Shown: positions 31,330 to 41,592, counted from the stretch's first letter. The stretch is 64,000 nucleotides of DNA from an uncultured virus (IMG/VR IMGVR_UViG_3300042914_003776) (IMGVR_UViG_3300042914_003776:1-64000); one strand, 5' to 3'. Program-made: numbers and translations. Notes: a model not told the origin generated them from the letters alone.

Positions 31330-31660
31330 TGGAGGTAATGGCATTGAGCCATGTCCAGTATAAAAATCAAAATAAGTATCTACATTGATAGTAACTTGTT
31401 TTTGCACAAATTACAAAGCTACCAGAATTATCTGGGTCAAGTTAATTATAACTATTGATTCCTTATTGTCAAGTAGAATCACACTTTATCCGATTATCGG
31501 AGTCATCACAATTTGGTAAAAAGGTTTGTGCAACCCCCGCTGCTAAGCAGCTAAAGCGAAAGTTTCGCCAGTTATCATATTAATCGATTTTTAAACTAGC
31601 CACTCGATTAACTAGTCAATGCAACCTAAATCTATTTTACCTGTCGATACTTTTACCCCC
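31330..31660 (-). ncRNA. ssrA: tmRNA
   Basis: 5' GGGGGTA...TCGAC, 3' GGAC-T arm-TACCTCCA with G3:U pair; tag frame after ATAACT: GGC GAA ACT TTC GCT TTA GCT GCT TAG (GETFALAA*). Confidence 0.93.
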
Positions 31661-31753
31661 ATATTCTTCCGACTAAAACTATCGCTAGCATACCAATAAA
31701 GTATACAAATATCATTGATTCAATAATAAAACAAAATACTGATAAAAGTCTAT

Positions 31754-32257
31754 TCATGTTATACACCAATTTGGAGGATTTCTTTTTGTCCACTGAAACA
31801 TGTTCTTGCCATTTTTATCGGTCTTCTTGTCTGATAAATAATAGGCCCGGTATGCTGCGACTGCATCTTTATGCTTGTACTGTTCTGGCATAGCCTGAGC
31901 AAAAGGAGTTAGTTCATCACTAACCACTGGAGCATTATTAAAACACCAAACTAAAAAAGAATAACAAAAATGATCTTTATCAAATCTAAACTTGCGTTCG
32001 TTGTATAAAGAAAAAGTATGAAGTAAAAGCCATTCGAAATTTTTGGCTGACTCTAAAACCCATTTAGAGCAAGGATGATGTAGATAAGAATGTTTGCGAG
32101 GGGTGCCATTTGCAGTTAAAGGCGCTTCTTTTAATTTATCTAGCGAGAAGCGATTAGCAAGCATTTGGCACCCTTCGACAACCATTTTGTTAACATGAAT
32201 ATCTATGAGAGACTGTGCCGCAACTTCTGGATCATAATCTACAACAAAGATGTTCAT
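31754..32257 (-). CDS. pyrimidine-dimer DNA glycosylase family protein
   Basis: MNIF...DIHVNKMVVEGCQML...HHPCSKW...QAMPEQYK...AYRAYY. Confidence 0.8.
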   Translation of the reverse strand: MNIFVVDYDPEVAAQSLIDIHVNKMVVEGCQMLANRFSLDKLKEAPLTANGTPRKHSYLHHPCSKWVLESAKNFEWLLLHTFSLYNERKFRFDKDHFCYSFLVWCFNNAPVVSDELTPFAQAMPEQYKHKDAVAAYRAYYLSDKKTDKNGKNMFQWTKRNPPNWCIT

Positions 32258-32295
32258 ATTTTATTCCTTATTCTGCATTATCGCAATAACAATAA

Positions 32296-33177
<882 letters not shown>

Positions 33178-33229
33178 AAATTTAAACTACAAACACCACG
33201 AATACATTATAACAATACTACTAGAGATA

Positions 33230-35146
33230 TCAAGATGCAAACTGAATATATTTTGCTAATTCTGAAATTATTTTATCAGAACAGCAACTACCATCATTAA
33301 CAAATGTCAACAATGGATACTTTTCTAGAATTTTTTCTTCTAAAGTATCAATAGGATTTGTCGTAACAGTGACATTTGTATCATACAATTCAATAAACTT
33401 AATAGCATCTTTATTAACAGTTTTGCATAGCTCAACACTTTTAACAAAATCTTTAAACTCTGTAAAAGCATCAGGTAATACATTAGCAAGCCTACAGATT
33501 AGCCCGCTTCTTTCAGAAGAATTTTGGTCTCGTATAGGGTTTGCTTTCTTCAAATCTTCAATCATGCTTTTTAGATACTGATCAAGGCTAATCCAGCTTT
33601 TGTCGTTCAAGAATTCTTTTGAGTGTGCGAACTTAGATTTTATTCCAAATAGTTCAGTACCACTCATAAAGCTACTTGTCATTAATTTTCTTAATCTATA
33701 AAAATTATTGTTAAATTGTCCACTGCTAACAATATCATTATTAAAAATTTCTACATAAATCTTTTGTTTAGCAGGAATACTTGTTGCACTGCATTCAATC
33801 CAAGCTGTTTTTTTGATTGAAGAGTTATTATATCTATAAACATATCCTTTCTTTACAGTCGCAGTAGTATTACTGCGTTCTACTTTTGGTAAAGATGATG
33901 GATCACTAATAAACTGTGGCTCAATTCCTGCCTCCTTGATCTGATCTTCTGTAAAAACAGCAACTCTAGAATTAGTATCACGAACAAGATTTTTAATACG
34001 AGCAGAACAACCTTTAACATATTTAAATAGTTGCGAGTTTAAATTCAGGTGTGATGTATTAGTAGTCTGATAACTAGATACACGACCTCTCGACGACTCA
34101 TAAATTGTAAAAGAAGTCTTTGTATTCTTGAGAGAATATTTATCAGAAAGTTTGTCAATATAGGCATGACCAAACATGTACCTAATACAATAGCCCTTTA
34201 GAATATTTTGTAATGCTAAAGCCTTCTCAAAATTTGTTGTTTTTGATTCAATGATATCTTCTACGTAAGATTTCATATTGTTTTTAATTAGTGCAATTTT
34301 TTCTTTAAGAGCGGCAATAGTCTTCTTGTCCATAGACAAATTTTCTCGCCCGGGATCAAAACTAAGCTCTCCAATATTAAAGTAAAGATTAAAATCAATA
34401 TCTAATCCTTCGCAATACTGGTGAGGAATAGTGTATGCAACATTTCCCATGACTGCATGCTGATAACCACTAATGAAGTTTGCTTTAAACTCCGGCGTAT
34501 CAATAGTATATTTCTTTTTATTATTTAATTTTTCTACTACGCTTGGAATATTGATATTAGGTAGTTTATTAAAAAAAGAATAAACATATTCCGCTTCTTC
34601 GCGGAAACTATCTATAGAGTTATTCTCAACATCTACGCTAATATTTAATCCGTTTGGTTCGTCCGTAGCTACTTCAGAAAGTAGGGCGATCTGAGGCTCA
34701 CCATCTTCAGACTTATAGCAGCTATAGCTACGCTTAAAACCATTGTGATAGCTAACAACAGTAAAACTATCAACTAAGCAAAAAGGAGATTTAGACCCAA
34801 GACCTAATGCTCCAATATAATCATTGGAATTAGTCTTTGTGCTATAGAAATATGTAGTAAATACTTCTCTGATATCTTGGTCAGACAGACCGATACCATA
34901 ATCACGCACCGAGAACCAAGGTTCAATATGGGTAGGAAGATGAACATCGAATAGAGCATCATTGCCCGCTGCAATATGTGCATCGTGTGCGTTGCAGCTA
35001 ATCTCACGAATAACGGCCCGGATTTTATGGGTATAAATATTTGAACTAAGAATTTCGAAAGCCTTAGAGCTTGCCTGAATTTTAAAACCGCTGTTCTTGA
35101 TAGAACCAGACACAATAACATCGCTCTTTGAATCGCCAATAATCAT
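33230..35146 (-). CDS. rIIA-like protein (GHKL ATPase N-domain)
   Basis: AFEILSSNIY, REISCNAHDAH, RDYGIGL, STK, IGALGLGSKSPF; adjacent to rIIB. Confidence 0.88.
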   Translation of the reverse strand: MIIGDSKSDVIVSGSIKNSGFKIQASSKAFEILSSNIYTHKIRAVIREISCNAHDAHIAAGNDALFDVHLPTHIEPWFSVRDYGIGLSDQDIREVFTTYFYSTKTNSNDYIGALGLGSKSPFCLVDSFTVVSYHNGFKRSYSCYKSEDGEPQIALLSEVATDEPNGLNISVDVENNSIDSFREEAEYVYSFFNKLPNINIPSVVEKLNNKKKYTIDTPEFKANFISGYQHAVMGNVAYTIPHQYCEGLDIDFNLYFNIGELSFDPGRENLSMDKKTIAALKEKIALIKNNMKSYVEDIIESKTTNFEKALALQNILKGYCIRYMFGHAYIDKLSDKYSLKNTKTSFTIYESSRGRVSSYQTTNTSHLNLNSQLFKYVKGCSARIKNLVRDTNSRVAVFTEDQIKEAGIEPQFISDPSSLPKVERSNTTATVKKGYVYRYNNSSIKKTAWIECSATSIPAKQKIYVEIFNNDIVSSGQFNNNFYRLRKLMTSSFMSGTELFGIKSKFAHSKEFLNDKSWISLDQYLKSMIEDLKKANPIRDQNSSERSGLICRLANVLPDAFTEFKDFVKSVELCKTVNKDAIKFIELYDTNVTVTTNPIDTLEEKILEKYPLLTFVNDGSCCSDKIISELAKYIQFAS

Positions 35147-35194
35147 TTCTTTTACCTCAATAAGTCAAAAGTAAATACAACAACAATAGTATAA

Positions 35195-35707
35195 CTAGAA
35201 AGTTTCAGAAGTCAAGATGTCAAAAGCTTGTAAAAATTCTTCTTTTGCGTTTTTTGAAAAAAATAACTTTTCAGAAGATTTTGTTCCCCACAAAACTTTT
35301 TTCTCAACTTTGAGAATCTTTCTGTCGTACTTCTTGATTATAGCATTATGTACTTGGAAGTCAAGGTTAAATTTTTTTTCTATTACAGAATTCATTCTAG
35401 ATTCTATATCCAAGTATTCTTTCAGGTGTTTTTTTAGAGGAGATACAATATCACCTAAATAAGCCTCGCTAGCATCATGCATTAACAGTGCAAACAATAC
35501 ATCCCTGCCCGATATTCCATCAAACATAGCCATTTGAACCATGCCCAAGCTATGCTCTGCCACGCTATAGTCTTGCGGTGACTGAGCCCCAAAACGAGAA
35601 ACTCTACTTAATCCATGAGCAATAGTTTGAATAGAAATCATTTCTTCAACAGGATTAATCAAATCAATTTTACTACCATCGCACAAAGTAATACAGCTTT
35701 CGTTCAT
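35195..35707 (-). CDS. HD-domain phosphohydrolase (YfbR-like nucleotidase)
   Basis: IAHGLS..RF, YSVAEHS, LMHDASEAYLGDIVSPLK. Confidence 0.88.
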   Translation of the reverse strand: MNESCITLCDGSKIDLINPVEEMISIQTIAHGLSRVSRFGAQSPQDYSVAEHSLGMVQMAMFDGISGRDVLFALLMHDASEAYLGDIVSPLKKHLKEYLDIESRMNSVIEKKFNLDFQVHNAIIKKYDRKILKVEKKVLWGTKSSEKLFFSKNAKEEFLQAFDILTSETF

Positions 35708-36765
35708 TTTGCACCTAAATATTCATGAGAGTAACAAGTTCTAACGGCATCTATTTCTTTTCTTTTATCTTCTTTTCTAATTTTATCACCTTTTGGAATA
35801 TATAAATAATCCTTTCTGGCTCGGCCATTTTTGCTAGTAGCTTTCCATAGTGGCGATCTATTTCTATACTCGCCCATTCTGGGGTGCGCGGTTTTAGAAA
35901 AATATCTATGTCCGCTATCAGTAAAAAGCTTTGCTATAAAATCAGAAAATCTAACGCCTATACCAAGCCCCTGATAATCTGGCAATACTACTGTTCTATG
36001 TTCTCTCCAAGCATTTTTAACCGTACCACTAGGATAAGCTAAAGCAGAACCAAAAGCAATAGGTTTAGTGTCATATAATCCCAAAAAACACCGGGCAGAT
36101 TTATTTATTTTATCGTCTAAATAATGATGGTGCCTAAAAACTTCCCACCACTCGGTTGTGCAAGAGTAGATTTCGAGTTGTATTTCTGGTCTACTCCGAA
36201 GAGACCTCCTTGAAGTCAAAACTCCTGTTTGTGTGTCAAAAATCCAGTCTGGTTGTAGCCATTCAATAATATCGTAATGACAGGTAGAAAAAACTACACC
36301 TGAAATATTATTTTGTCTAATATATCTTTGTGTGGCATGACAACTACTTTTGGCCACAGTACGATCAATAACACTGGTAAATTCATCTATTGATACATTG
36401 CTATCTAAAATTCTAGCAAGTCTTGCCCGGAATTGTTCTCCATTACTTAATACGTGAAAGGGTCTGCACCATGAAGGAACACTATTTAAACCAACAGCAG
36501 ACAGTTTTTGTTGCTCTACTTGGCTAACAATAGCAAGTTCCGGATTCCAATCGGGATCATTTGTGATGCCATAATAATGTTTTAATAGAGAGGTTTTACC
36601 GCTTCCGCTTGACCCTACAATGAGACCTATTGCCCAAGAATTATCTCTTTTAGGAGCATTAAAATCTGGCAGTTCAAATACGCTATTGCCGTTAAAATTA
36701 TAATCAAATGGTTGAATAGCATTTATTAAATTTTCGTCTAGTTTAACAGAGGTATATAGTTTCAT
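35704..36765 (-). CDS. ABC-type ATPase fused to a GNAT acetyltransferase
   Basis: GSSGSGKT, LSNGEQFRA, IDEFTS; C-terminal HHYL...RTVVLPDYQGLGIG. Confidence 0.85.
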   Translation of the reverse strand: MKLYTSVKLDENLINAIQPFDYNFNGNSVFELPDFNAPKRDNSWAIGLIVGSSGSGKTSLLKHYYGITNDPDWNPELAIVSQVEQQKLSAVGLNSVPSWCRPFHVLSNGEQFRARLARILDSNVSIDEFTSVIDRTVAKSSCHATQRYIRQNNISGVVFSTCHYDIIEWLQPDWIFDTQTGVLTSRRSLRSRPEIQLEIYSCTTEWWEVFRHHHYLDDKINKSARCFLGLYDTKPIAFGSALAYPSGTVKNAWREHRTVVLPDYQGLGIGVRFSDFIAKLFTDSGHRYFSKTAHPRMGEYRNRSPLWKATSKNGRARKDYLYIPKGDKIRKEDKRKEIDAVRTCYSHEYLGAK

Positions 36766-36887
36766 GATTATGTTTCGTCAAAAATTCCAACCAAAGATAT
36801 TCCCAGATTTGATTTCTGGTTTCTGTTCTTATTTGCCCCATGATTTTTGTAGAGACCTGTTTTCTATTTTGATAGCCTACTTGACTT

Positions 36888-37067
36888 CTAACTGTTTTCA
36901 TTTTCGTCTTTAAACTGATCCCAGACTTGGTCCCCGACTTGGTCCCCGACTTGGCTCCAGACTTGGTTCCTGACTTGGCTCTCGACTTGGTTACTGACTT
37001 GGTTCCAGACTTGTTTCGTGGTTTGGTTCCAGACTTGGCTCCTGACTTGGATCTTAACAGTTTTCAT
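36888..37067 (-). CDS. QVxx-repeat mini-protein
   Basis: MKTVKIQVRSQVWNQ...QVWDQFKDENENS. Confidence 0.7.
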   Translation of the reverse strand: MKTVKIQVRSQVWNQTTKQVWNQVSNQVESQVRNQVWSQVGDQVGDQVWDQFKDENENS

Positions 37068-37150
37068 TTCTTGCTCCTGACTTGGTTCCCGACTTGGTCC
37101 CAGACTTGGTCCCCGACTTGGCACCTGATTTCATATTGAATCGGCTTCAT
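37064..37150 (-). CDS. QVxx-repeat mini-protein (28 aa)
   Basis: [32 protein letters not shown]-coupled to the next gene. Confidence 0.5.
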   Translation of the reverse strand: MKPIQYEIRCQVGDQVWDQVGNQVRSKK

Positions 37151-37164
37151 TATACACCCGCATA

Positions 37165-37209
37165 AAAAAAGGTACAGTATATTTTACTATACTGTACCTA
37201 ATTTGTCAA
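37165..37209 (-). promoter_or_regulatory. palindrome/terminator overlapping a sigma70-type promoter
   Basis: GGTACAGTATA-N6-TATACTGTACC plus U-tract; TTGACA-N17-TAAAAT overlaps it. Confidence 0.55.
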
Positions 37210-37223
37210 GTAGTAATTAAAAA

Positions 37224-37688
37224 TTAGTCGCGGGCTCGGCGTTCTCGCTCTAGTTCCTTATCATACTCACGCTGATAGGTGCATTCGATGATAAACCCAG
37301 CAGGAACAGTAACGTCTCCATGAGTTGGGTGTAGTACCGTTGTTTCAGAATTACAAACCAGTACTGGACCCTTCAAGGACTCTTCATTCCAAACTGGTGG
37401 TAAATAAACATCTACACCATTTAAAGATTTAAGACAGTGCTTTGCTCCCTCGGTATTACCAACAACAAGCTGGCGATTAACCTCGGAAAGCTTTTCTACT
37501 TTCTTGTAATCCTTTGGAACAGATGCGACAACAGTTAGTGCCAAGTCGCCCTGCCAGATACGATCACGCACAGTTGATGCCTCAGTAAAACGCACTGGGG
37601 TACCGGGCTTAACTGCTTCTTCGTTGTTAAGAACACGCTTCACAAAACTCTGGATTTCTTCAATTGCATTAATAATTGCATTAATCAT
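37224..37688 (-). CDS. conserved partner of DUF6745-like proteins
   Basis: WQGDL, GNTEGAKH, HPTHGDVTVPAG, QREYD...RARD. Confidence 0.7.
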   Translation of the reverse strand: MINAIINAIEEIQSFVKRVLNNEEAVKPGTPVRFTEASTVRDRIWQGDLALTVVASVPKDYKKVEKLSEVNRQLVVGNTEGAKHCLKSLNGVDVYLPPVWNEESLKGPVLVCNSETTVLHPTHGDVTVPAGFIIECTYQREYDKELERERRARD

Positions 37689-37700
37689 AATAACCTCTTA

Positions 37701-38591
37701 CTAAGTACGAGCCAAAACATTAAACTTTTCACCACCACCTAGCCAAACTTGAGCGTCTTCACATGTTTCAATGCTATCAGGAACGCCCAGAACAAACATT
37801 CTACCCGTTGGACAAGTTACAACAAGCCGATTGCCATAGTTTTCAGTATTATACAGTGCCTCTTTAGTATTTTCAATATCGTTATGACGATAATCTAAAC
37901 ATTTTGCACCGGATTCCTGTAGATATCTCGCCCAACCAAAACGATTAATCATAATGGCCCGGGCTTCATTATTGTTGGTAGCATTAATTTCCTCTACCGT
38001 CAACGTCTCTGGAGCCATAACAGTCTTTTCATTTAGTCTTACACCATCAATAGCCCAAACCTTGTATCCATCACGATATGCAACGGCTGGACCATTTTCA
38101 TTATGTAAACGAAATTGATCGTCTAAGTGAATCTCTGAATGCTTGTGCTGAAAAATAACACAGGTATCATAAGGAGCCCACCAGCCAACATTCTTGGCAA
38201 TACCAATTAGTCCTTCTAGCTTGCGGCATTCTTCAACACCTAGCTCATTAAGAACATAATCATAATATCCTAGCCAGCCAGCTTCATGACTACCAAAAGT
38301 TTGATTATTTAATTCATCATAAACAGCAGAGCGATATCTCTCAGTATCCGACTCATTGACTTCTCCCTTGAGTTTAACCGCTAGCTTTGCAGCAGCAATC
38401 GGACTATCGGCTAAATAAAAGTTTTCTGGACAAACTAAACCAGCAGCTTCGTATGCAAGCCGGGCATACTTCTTGGCTTCTTCTAGGTTACACTCTCCGC
38501 AGTCAAGGCCAATATCGATCCACTTCTGCCGATACTTTGGCAACAATGCTTCTTGTTCTGGCGTTAGCTTGTCGATAGTCTTCTTACTCAT
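37701..38591 (-). CDS. DUF6745-like protein lacking the internal repeat tract
   Basis: LTPEQEALLPKYRQKWIDIGL, DSP, GSHEAGWLGYYDY, GWWAPY, RLHNENGPAVAYRDG, VTCPTGR. Confidence 0.78.
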   Translation of the reverse strand: MSKKTIDKLTPEQEALLPKYRQKWIDIGLDCGECNLEEAKKYARLAYEAAGLVCPENFYLADSPIAAAKLAVKLKGEVNESDTERYRSAVYDELNNQTFGSHEAGWLGYYDYVLNELGVEECRKLEGLIGIAKNVGWWAPYDTCVIFQHKHSEIHLDDQFRLHNENGPAVAYRDGYKVWAIDGVRLNEKTVMAPETLTVEEINATNNNEARAIMINRFGWARYLQESGAKCLDYRHNDIENTKEALYNTENYGNRLVVTCPTGRMFVLGVPDSIETCEDAQVWLGGGEKFNVLART

Positions 38592-38654
38592 AAAACAAAT
38601 CCTCTCAATAAAGTCTCAAAAAAAACATAACCAACTACATGCTCATTATACAAT

Positions 38655-39098
38655 CTATTTATCGACTGTCAACCTCTTTTTTACAAATTCTTTCACTAAG
38701 ATAGAAAAAGATTCTTCAAAAACAATATTGCCCGGTATTCTGGTGCAGGCAAACATCTCGGCCATTTCTTCATTGGTATAATGACTAAGATTCTTTCCAG
38801 TTCCGCTATAAGCAATTAAAAATTCTTTATCCTTGTGCTGTTCTGCGTAAAAATAAAGGTCTTTAATCTGACGCATTATTTCTGCTCTAGACACACTAGG
38901 ATGCTTTTCTGCATTTAAATCTTTAGTGCAAATAGCATACGATTGACCTTGAGGCCCCCTGCCCTGATTCCATTTAGCTCCAAAAAACTTGAAGGCATAA
39001 GCAGCAGCACCAGCCCCATGAAAACCATCTACATTTGAACCAAAAACAAATACTTGATTCTTGTCTAGCTTTTCTATTATTCCAGTATATGTTTTCAT
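38655..39098 (-). CDS. A1S_2505-like phage protein (macro-like)
   Basis: VFVFGSNVDGFHGAGAA...GPQGQSYAICTK. Confidence 0.75.
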   Translation of the reverse strand: MKTYTGIIEKLDKNQVFVFGSNVDGFHGAGAAAYAFKFFGAKWNQGRGPQGQSYAICTKDLNAEKHPSVSRAEIMRQIKDLYFYAEQHKDKEFLIAYSGTGKNLSHYTNEEMAEMFACTRIPGNIVFEESFSILVKEFVKKRLTVDK

Positions 39099-39172
39099 TT
39101 TTACCTCAAAAAACAGGGGCCTTTCAGCCCCTATTTAACATCGATGTAACTTTTGTCTACTCCACCAAAAAG

Positions 39173-39244
39173 AGGCCGATGGGGAACTCGAATCCCCTTA
39201 ACTTATTTACGAAATAAGCGTTTTACCATATAAACTAAAAGGCC
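39173..39244 (-). tRNA. tRNA-Thr(CGU)
   Basis: Loop TTCGTAA, T arm GGGGA-TTCGAGT-TCCCC; acceptor mismatches. Confidence 0.75.
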
Positions 39245-39248
39245 AAGT

Positions 39249-39273
39249 TGGAGCGGGCGGAATCGAACCACCT
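39249..39273 (-). pseudogene. tRNA 3' remnant (T arm and acceptor strand only)
   Basis: GGTGG-TTCGATT-CCGCC-CGCTCCA with no 5' half upstream. Confidence 0.6.
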
Positions 39274-39327
39274 ACCACTATTATAACAAGTATCTAGATA
39301 ATTGTCAAGCTGATTATTTATTTTTAG

Positions 39328-39398
39328 TGCGAGTAGTCAGAATCGAACTGACGCATTTTCGTTGGCAACGAAATATACTACCATTATATTATACCCGC
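39328..39398 (-). tRNA. tRNA-Gly(GCC)
   Basis: GCGGGTA/TACTCGC, loop TTGCCAA. Confidence 0.92.
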
Positions 39399-39411
39399 AT
39401 GTTTTGTTAAG

Positions 39412-39484
39412 TCCTCTCGTCCGGCACTGCCCCGGATTCCCCAATTTAAAAGATTGGTGATAATCTAGTTACATCTCCGAGAGG
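39412..39484 (-). tRNA. tRNA-Lys(UUU), atypical T loop
   Basis: CCTCTCG/CGAGAGG, CCAAT-CTTTTAA-ATTGG, T loop GGCAGTG. Confidence 0.8.
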
Positions 39485-39493
39485 TTATTTAAA

Positions 39494-39564
39494 TTATCCC
39501 GCCTAGATTCGAACTAGGGCCGTCATAGTCAAAGTATGAAGTGCTACCTTTACACTACGGGATA
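39494..39564 (-). tRNA. tRNA-Gln(UUG)
   Basis: TATCCCG/CGGGATA, loop CTTTGAC. Confidence 0.92.
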
Positions 39565-39565
39565 A

Positions 39566-39637
39566 TAGTCCCGCAGAGACTTCAACTCTGACAGGCATGG
39601 TAAGAGCATGCTATGCTAGCCGTTACATTACGGAACG
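39566..39637 (-). tRNA. tRNA-Lys(CUU)
   Basis: GCATG-CTCTTAC-CATGC, T loop TTGAAGT, 1:72 mismatch. Confidence 0.8.
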
Positions 39638-39639
39638 AA

Positions 39640-39861
39640 TTAATCACCATCATTAGTTGCCGGATAAAATACCATATTTCTATTTTTACATACTGGGCAT
39701 TTTTCTACAGATTTTTGTAAATATGGCGTAGAACCTTGAATATCGCTCATTTCATATTCTTCGGCCCTAGCTTCTGTTCCACAAATATGACATGTACCAT
39801 ACCATACTCTCTGGGGTAGTCTTTTACCCTTTTTGATGATTTCCATCTCATTATATCTCAA
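39640..39861 (-). CDS. small zinc-ribbon protein
   Basis: CHIC...CPVC. Confidence 0.6.
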   Translation of the reverse strand: MRYNEMEIIKKGKRLPQRVWYGTCHICGTEARAEEYEMSDIQGSTPYLQKSVEKCPVCKNRNMVFYPATNDGD

Positions 39862-39880
39862 TAAAAAAGAAAGTCAAGCT

Positions 39881-40393
39881 CTATTTTATTTTTCTTCTTT
39901 TAATATTATGAGCTTTTTGAGCACATATTTTATTACAATATTTTTTATCTACCCTAACAGAGCACTCGAAATCGTTGTGACAAATTTCGCATTGTTTTAG
40001 ATGTGTTTTAATTTCTACATTTTTAACATTAGAATCTTCTTCAAAATGAAGTTCTCTATGACAATTAGAACATAATAAATCACATTTATCAAGTTCAATT
40101 TTTGTTTTTTCCCAAGACCTAGTTAGTCCTTTTTTACTTAATCCAAACTCTTTATCAGAAGACTCCCTATGATGAAAATCTAATGCGGCAGAACATTTAT
40201 CATAGCCACATTTTTGACACTTTCCGCCTTTATATTCTAAGGCTAATTGTTTTAATTTTAATCTTCTTCGATGAACAGCGTTGGTGCGACATTTTTTACA
40301 TTTTCTTCTTTCTTTAGGAGTTCCAAAATTTTCTAAAGCAAATTCTGTTTCCCCATGTTGCTTACAAGTCCATATTATTGTTTTTTCTGGCAT
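39881..40393 (-). CDS. HNH endonuclease (free-standing, inside tRNA array)
   Basis: GGKCQKCGY...ALDFHH...KCDLLCSNCHRELH; AGGAG RBS before ATG 40393. Confidence 0.9.
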   Translation of the reverse strand: MPEKTIIWTCKQHGETEFALENFGTPKERRKCKKCRTNAVHRRRLKLKQLALEYKGGKCQKCGYDKCSAALDFHHRESSDKEFGLSKKGLTRSWEKTKIELDKCDLLCSNCHRELHFEEDSNVKNVEIKTHLKQCEICHNDFECSVRVDKKYCNKICAQKAHNIKRRKIK

Positions 40394-40459
40394 ATATAAT
40401 CTCCTATACCTATATATACACAAAATGTATAGGTAGTAAGATTATTTTTATTTTACTAG

Positions 40460-40549
40460 CTCCGAAGTCAGGATTCGAACCTGAATACCGTTCGAGACGG
40501 GTTACACAAAATTAACAGTTTTGCCGCTTTCCAATTAGCGTACCTCGGA
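40460..40549 (-). tRNA. tRNA-Asn(GUU) with long variable arm
   Basis: TCCGAGG/CTTCGGA, CAAAA-CTGTTAA-TTTTG, 22-nt variable region containing CCGT-CTCGA-ACGG. Confidence 0.85.
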
Positions 40550-40580
40550 ATGTTTGGCTAACGTTGATCAGCCGATACAA

Positions 40581-40649
40581 TGCCTACAATTGGAATCGAA
40601 CCAATCAATCCAGACTTATGAAATCTAGTTCTGCTCCAACAGCATAGGC
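40581..40649 (-). tRNA. tRNA-Met/Ile2(CAU), shortened D region
   Basis: GCCTATG/TGTAGGC, loop TTCATAA. Confidence 0.75.
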
Positions 40650-40654
40650 GTAAG

Positions 40655-40726
40655 TTGTGGATCATGGTATTGCACCACACTCATTCGCGGCTTATGAGGC
40701 CGGAAGGATCACTTGATCTATCCACA
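40655..40726 (-). tRNA. tRNA-Met(CAU), atypical
   Basis: TGTGGAT/ATCCACA, CGGC-CTCATAA-GCCG, T loop TGCAATA. Confidence 0.75.
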
Positions 40727-40731
40727 ATAAA

Positions 40732-40802
40732 AGCCCCCAGCAAGAATCGGACTTGCTTTTCTAAATTACCAATTTAGTGTTCTACCATTGAACTATAGGG
40801 GC
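40732..40802 (-). tRNA. tRNA-Thr(GGU)
   Basis: GCCCCTA/TGGGGGC, loop TTGGTAA. Confidence 0.9.
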
Positions 40803-40805
40803 AAG

Positions 40806-40876
40806 CATGGGCGGACAGAGTCGAACTGTCGCTTACGATTTTGGAGATCGTTGTGCTACCGTAACACTTCGCCCAT
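40806..40876 (-). tRNA. tRNA-Trp(CCA)
   Basis: ATGGGCG/CGCCCAT, loop CTCCAAA. Confidence 0.92.
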
Positions 40877-40907
40877 GTATTGTATCATTCTTTTACTCAT
40901 TGTCAAG

Positions 40908-40979
40908 TGCGTCTGCCCGGAATCGAACCGAGAACTTAAAGTTGGAAGCTTTTTATTTTACCGTTGAAACTACAGACGC
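40908..40979 (-). tRNA. tRNA-Gly(UCC)
   Basis: GCGTCTG/CAGACGC, loop CTTCCAA. Confidence 0.9.
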
Positions 40980-41138
40980 TTAGGTTTGTCTTTGTAACTT
41001 GCTCTAGCCAGCTTCGCTAGGCCGGATTGATGCCGTTTTCACTGTCGAATATTATATTCCATAGGGGCTCTCTTTTCACTGCCCGAAAGATATATTATTC
41101 ATTTAAGTCACTTTTATTTATCCAGAAAGACAAACAAA

Positions 41139-41210
41139 TGGGCAATAATGGAATCGAACCATTTTCCTCTAATTGTAAGTTAGAAATTTTAGCCATTAAA
41201 CTAATCGCCC
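41139..41210 (-). tRNA. tRNA-Val(UAC)
   Basis: GGGCGAT/ATTGCCC, loop CTTACAA. Confidence 0.9.
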
Positions 41211-41241
41211 TATATAAGTCGCCACTAGGAATGGACGACAA

Positions 41242-41313
41242 TGGATCGCTAGAGAATCGAACTCTACCAGATTGCTTGCAAAGCAGTCTCGCCCCCTTGG
41301 AACATGGCAACCC
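41242..41313 (-). tRNA. tRNA-Ala(UGC)
   Basis: GGGTTGC/GCGATCC with G3:U70, loop TTTGCAA. Confidence 0.88.
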
Positions 41314-41482
41314 TTATTTTGCAGTCTCTCCCGCTGTGTTCCGTTCGGCATCACCCGTTGACCCTCTCTTACAACCCCCATTCGGGAATAATAGTCCTTG
41401 AGGCACTTCATAACAACTTCACGGTCTTTTGCTTAAACTGAATATTTTCAGCATTTACCGATAGCATGTTTCGCATAAGCAG

Positions 41483-41555
41483 TGACGCGCACCGAAATCG
41501 AATCGGTGTAATATGGATTGAAAGTCCATACTGGGAAACCAACACCCTGCGCGCC
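41483..41555 (-). tRNA. tRNA-Glu(UUC)
   Basis: GGCGCGC/GCGCGTC, loop CTTTCAA. Confidence 0.88.
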
Positions 41556-41592
41556 ATATTTTTATTGTAACAGATGATTTTAAGTTGTCAAG

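Noticed and set aside
35195..35707. DatZ of a Z-genome (2-aminoadenine) pathway
   Set aside because: No PurZ or MazZ in the window; a generic HD nucleotidase call is sufficient
41320..41340. Glycine riboswitch-like ACAGCGGGAGAGAC on the minus strand
   Set aside because: The downstream aptamer elements are absent; the sequence runs directly into tRNA-Ala
41027..41411. ORFs overlapping tRNA genes (also 47981-48340, 48054-48236, 59965-60150)
   Set aside because: They overlap well-formed tRNA or tRNA-like genes and have no protein-like features
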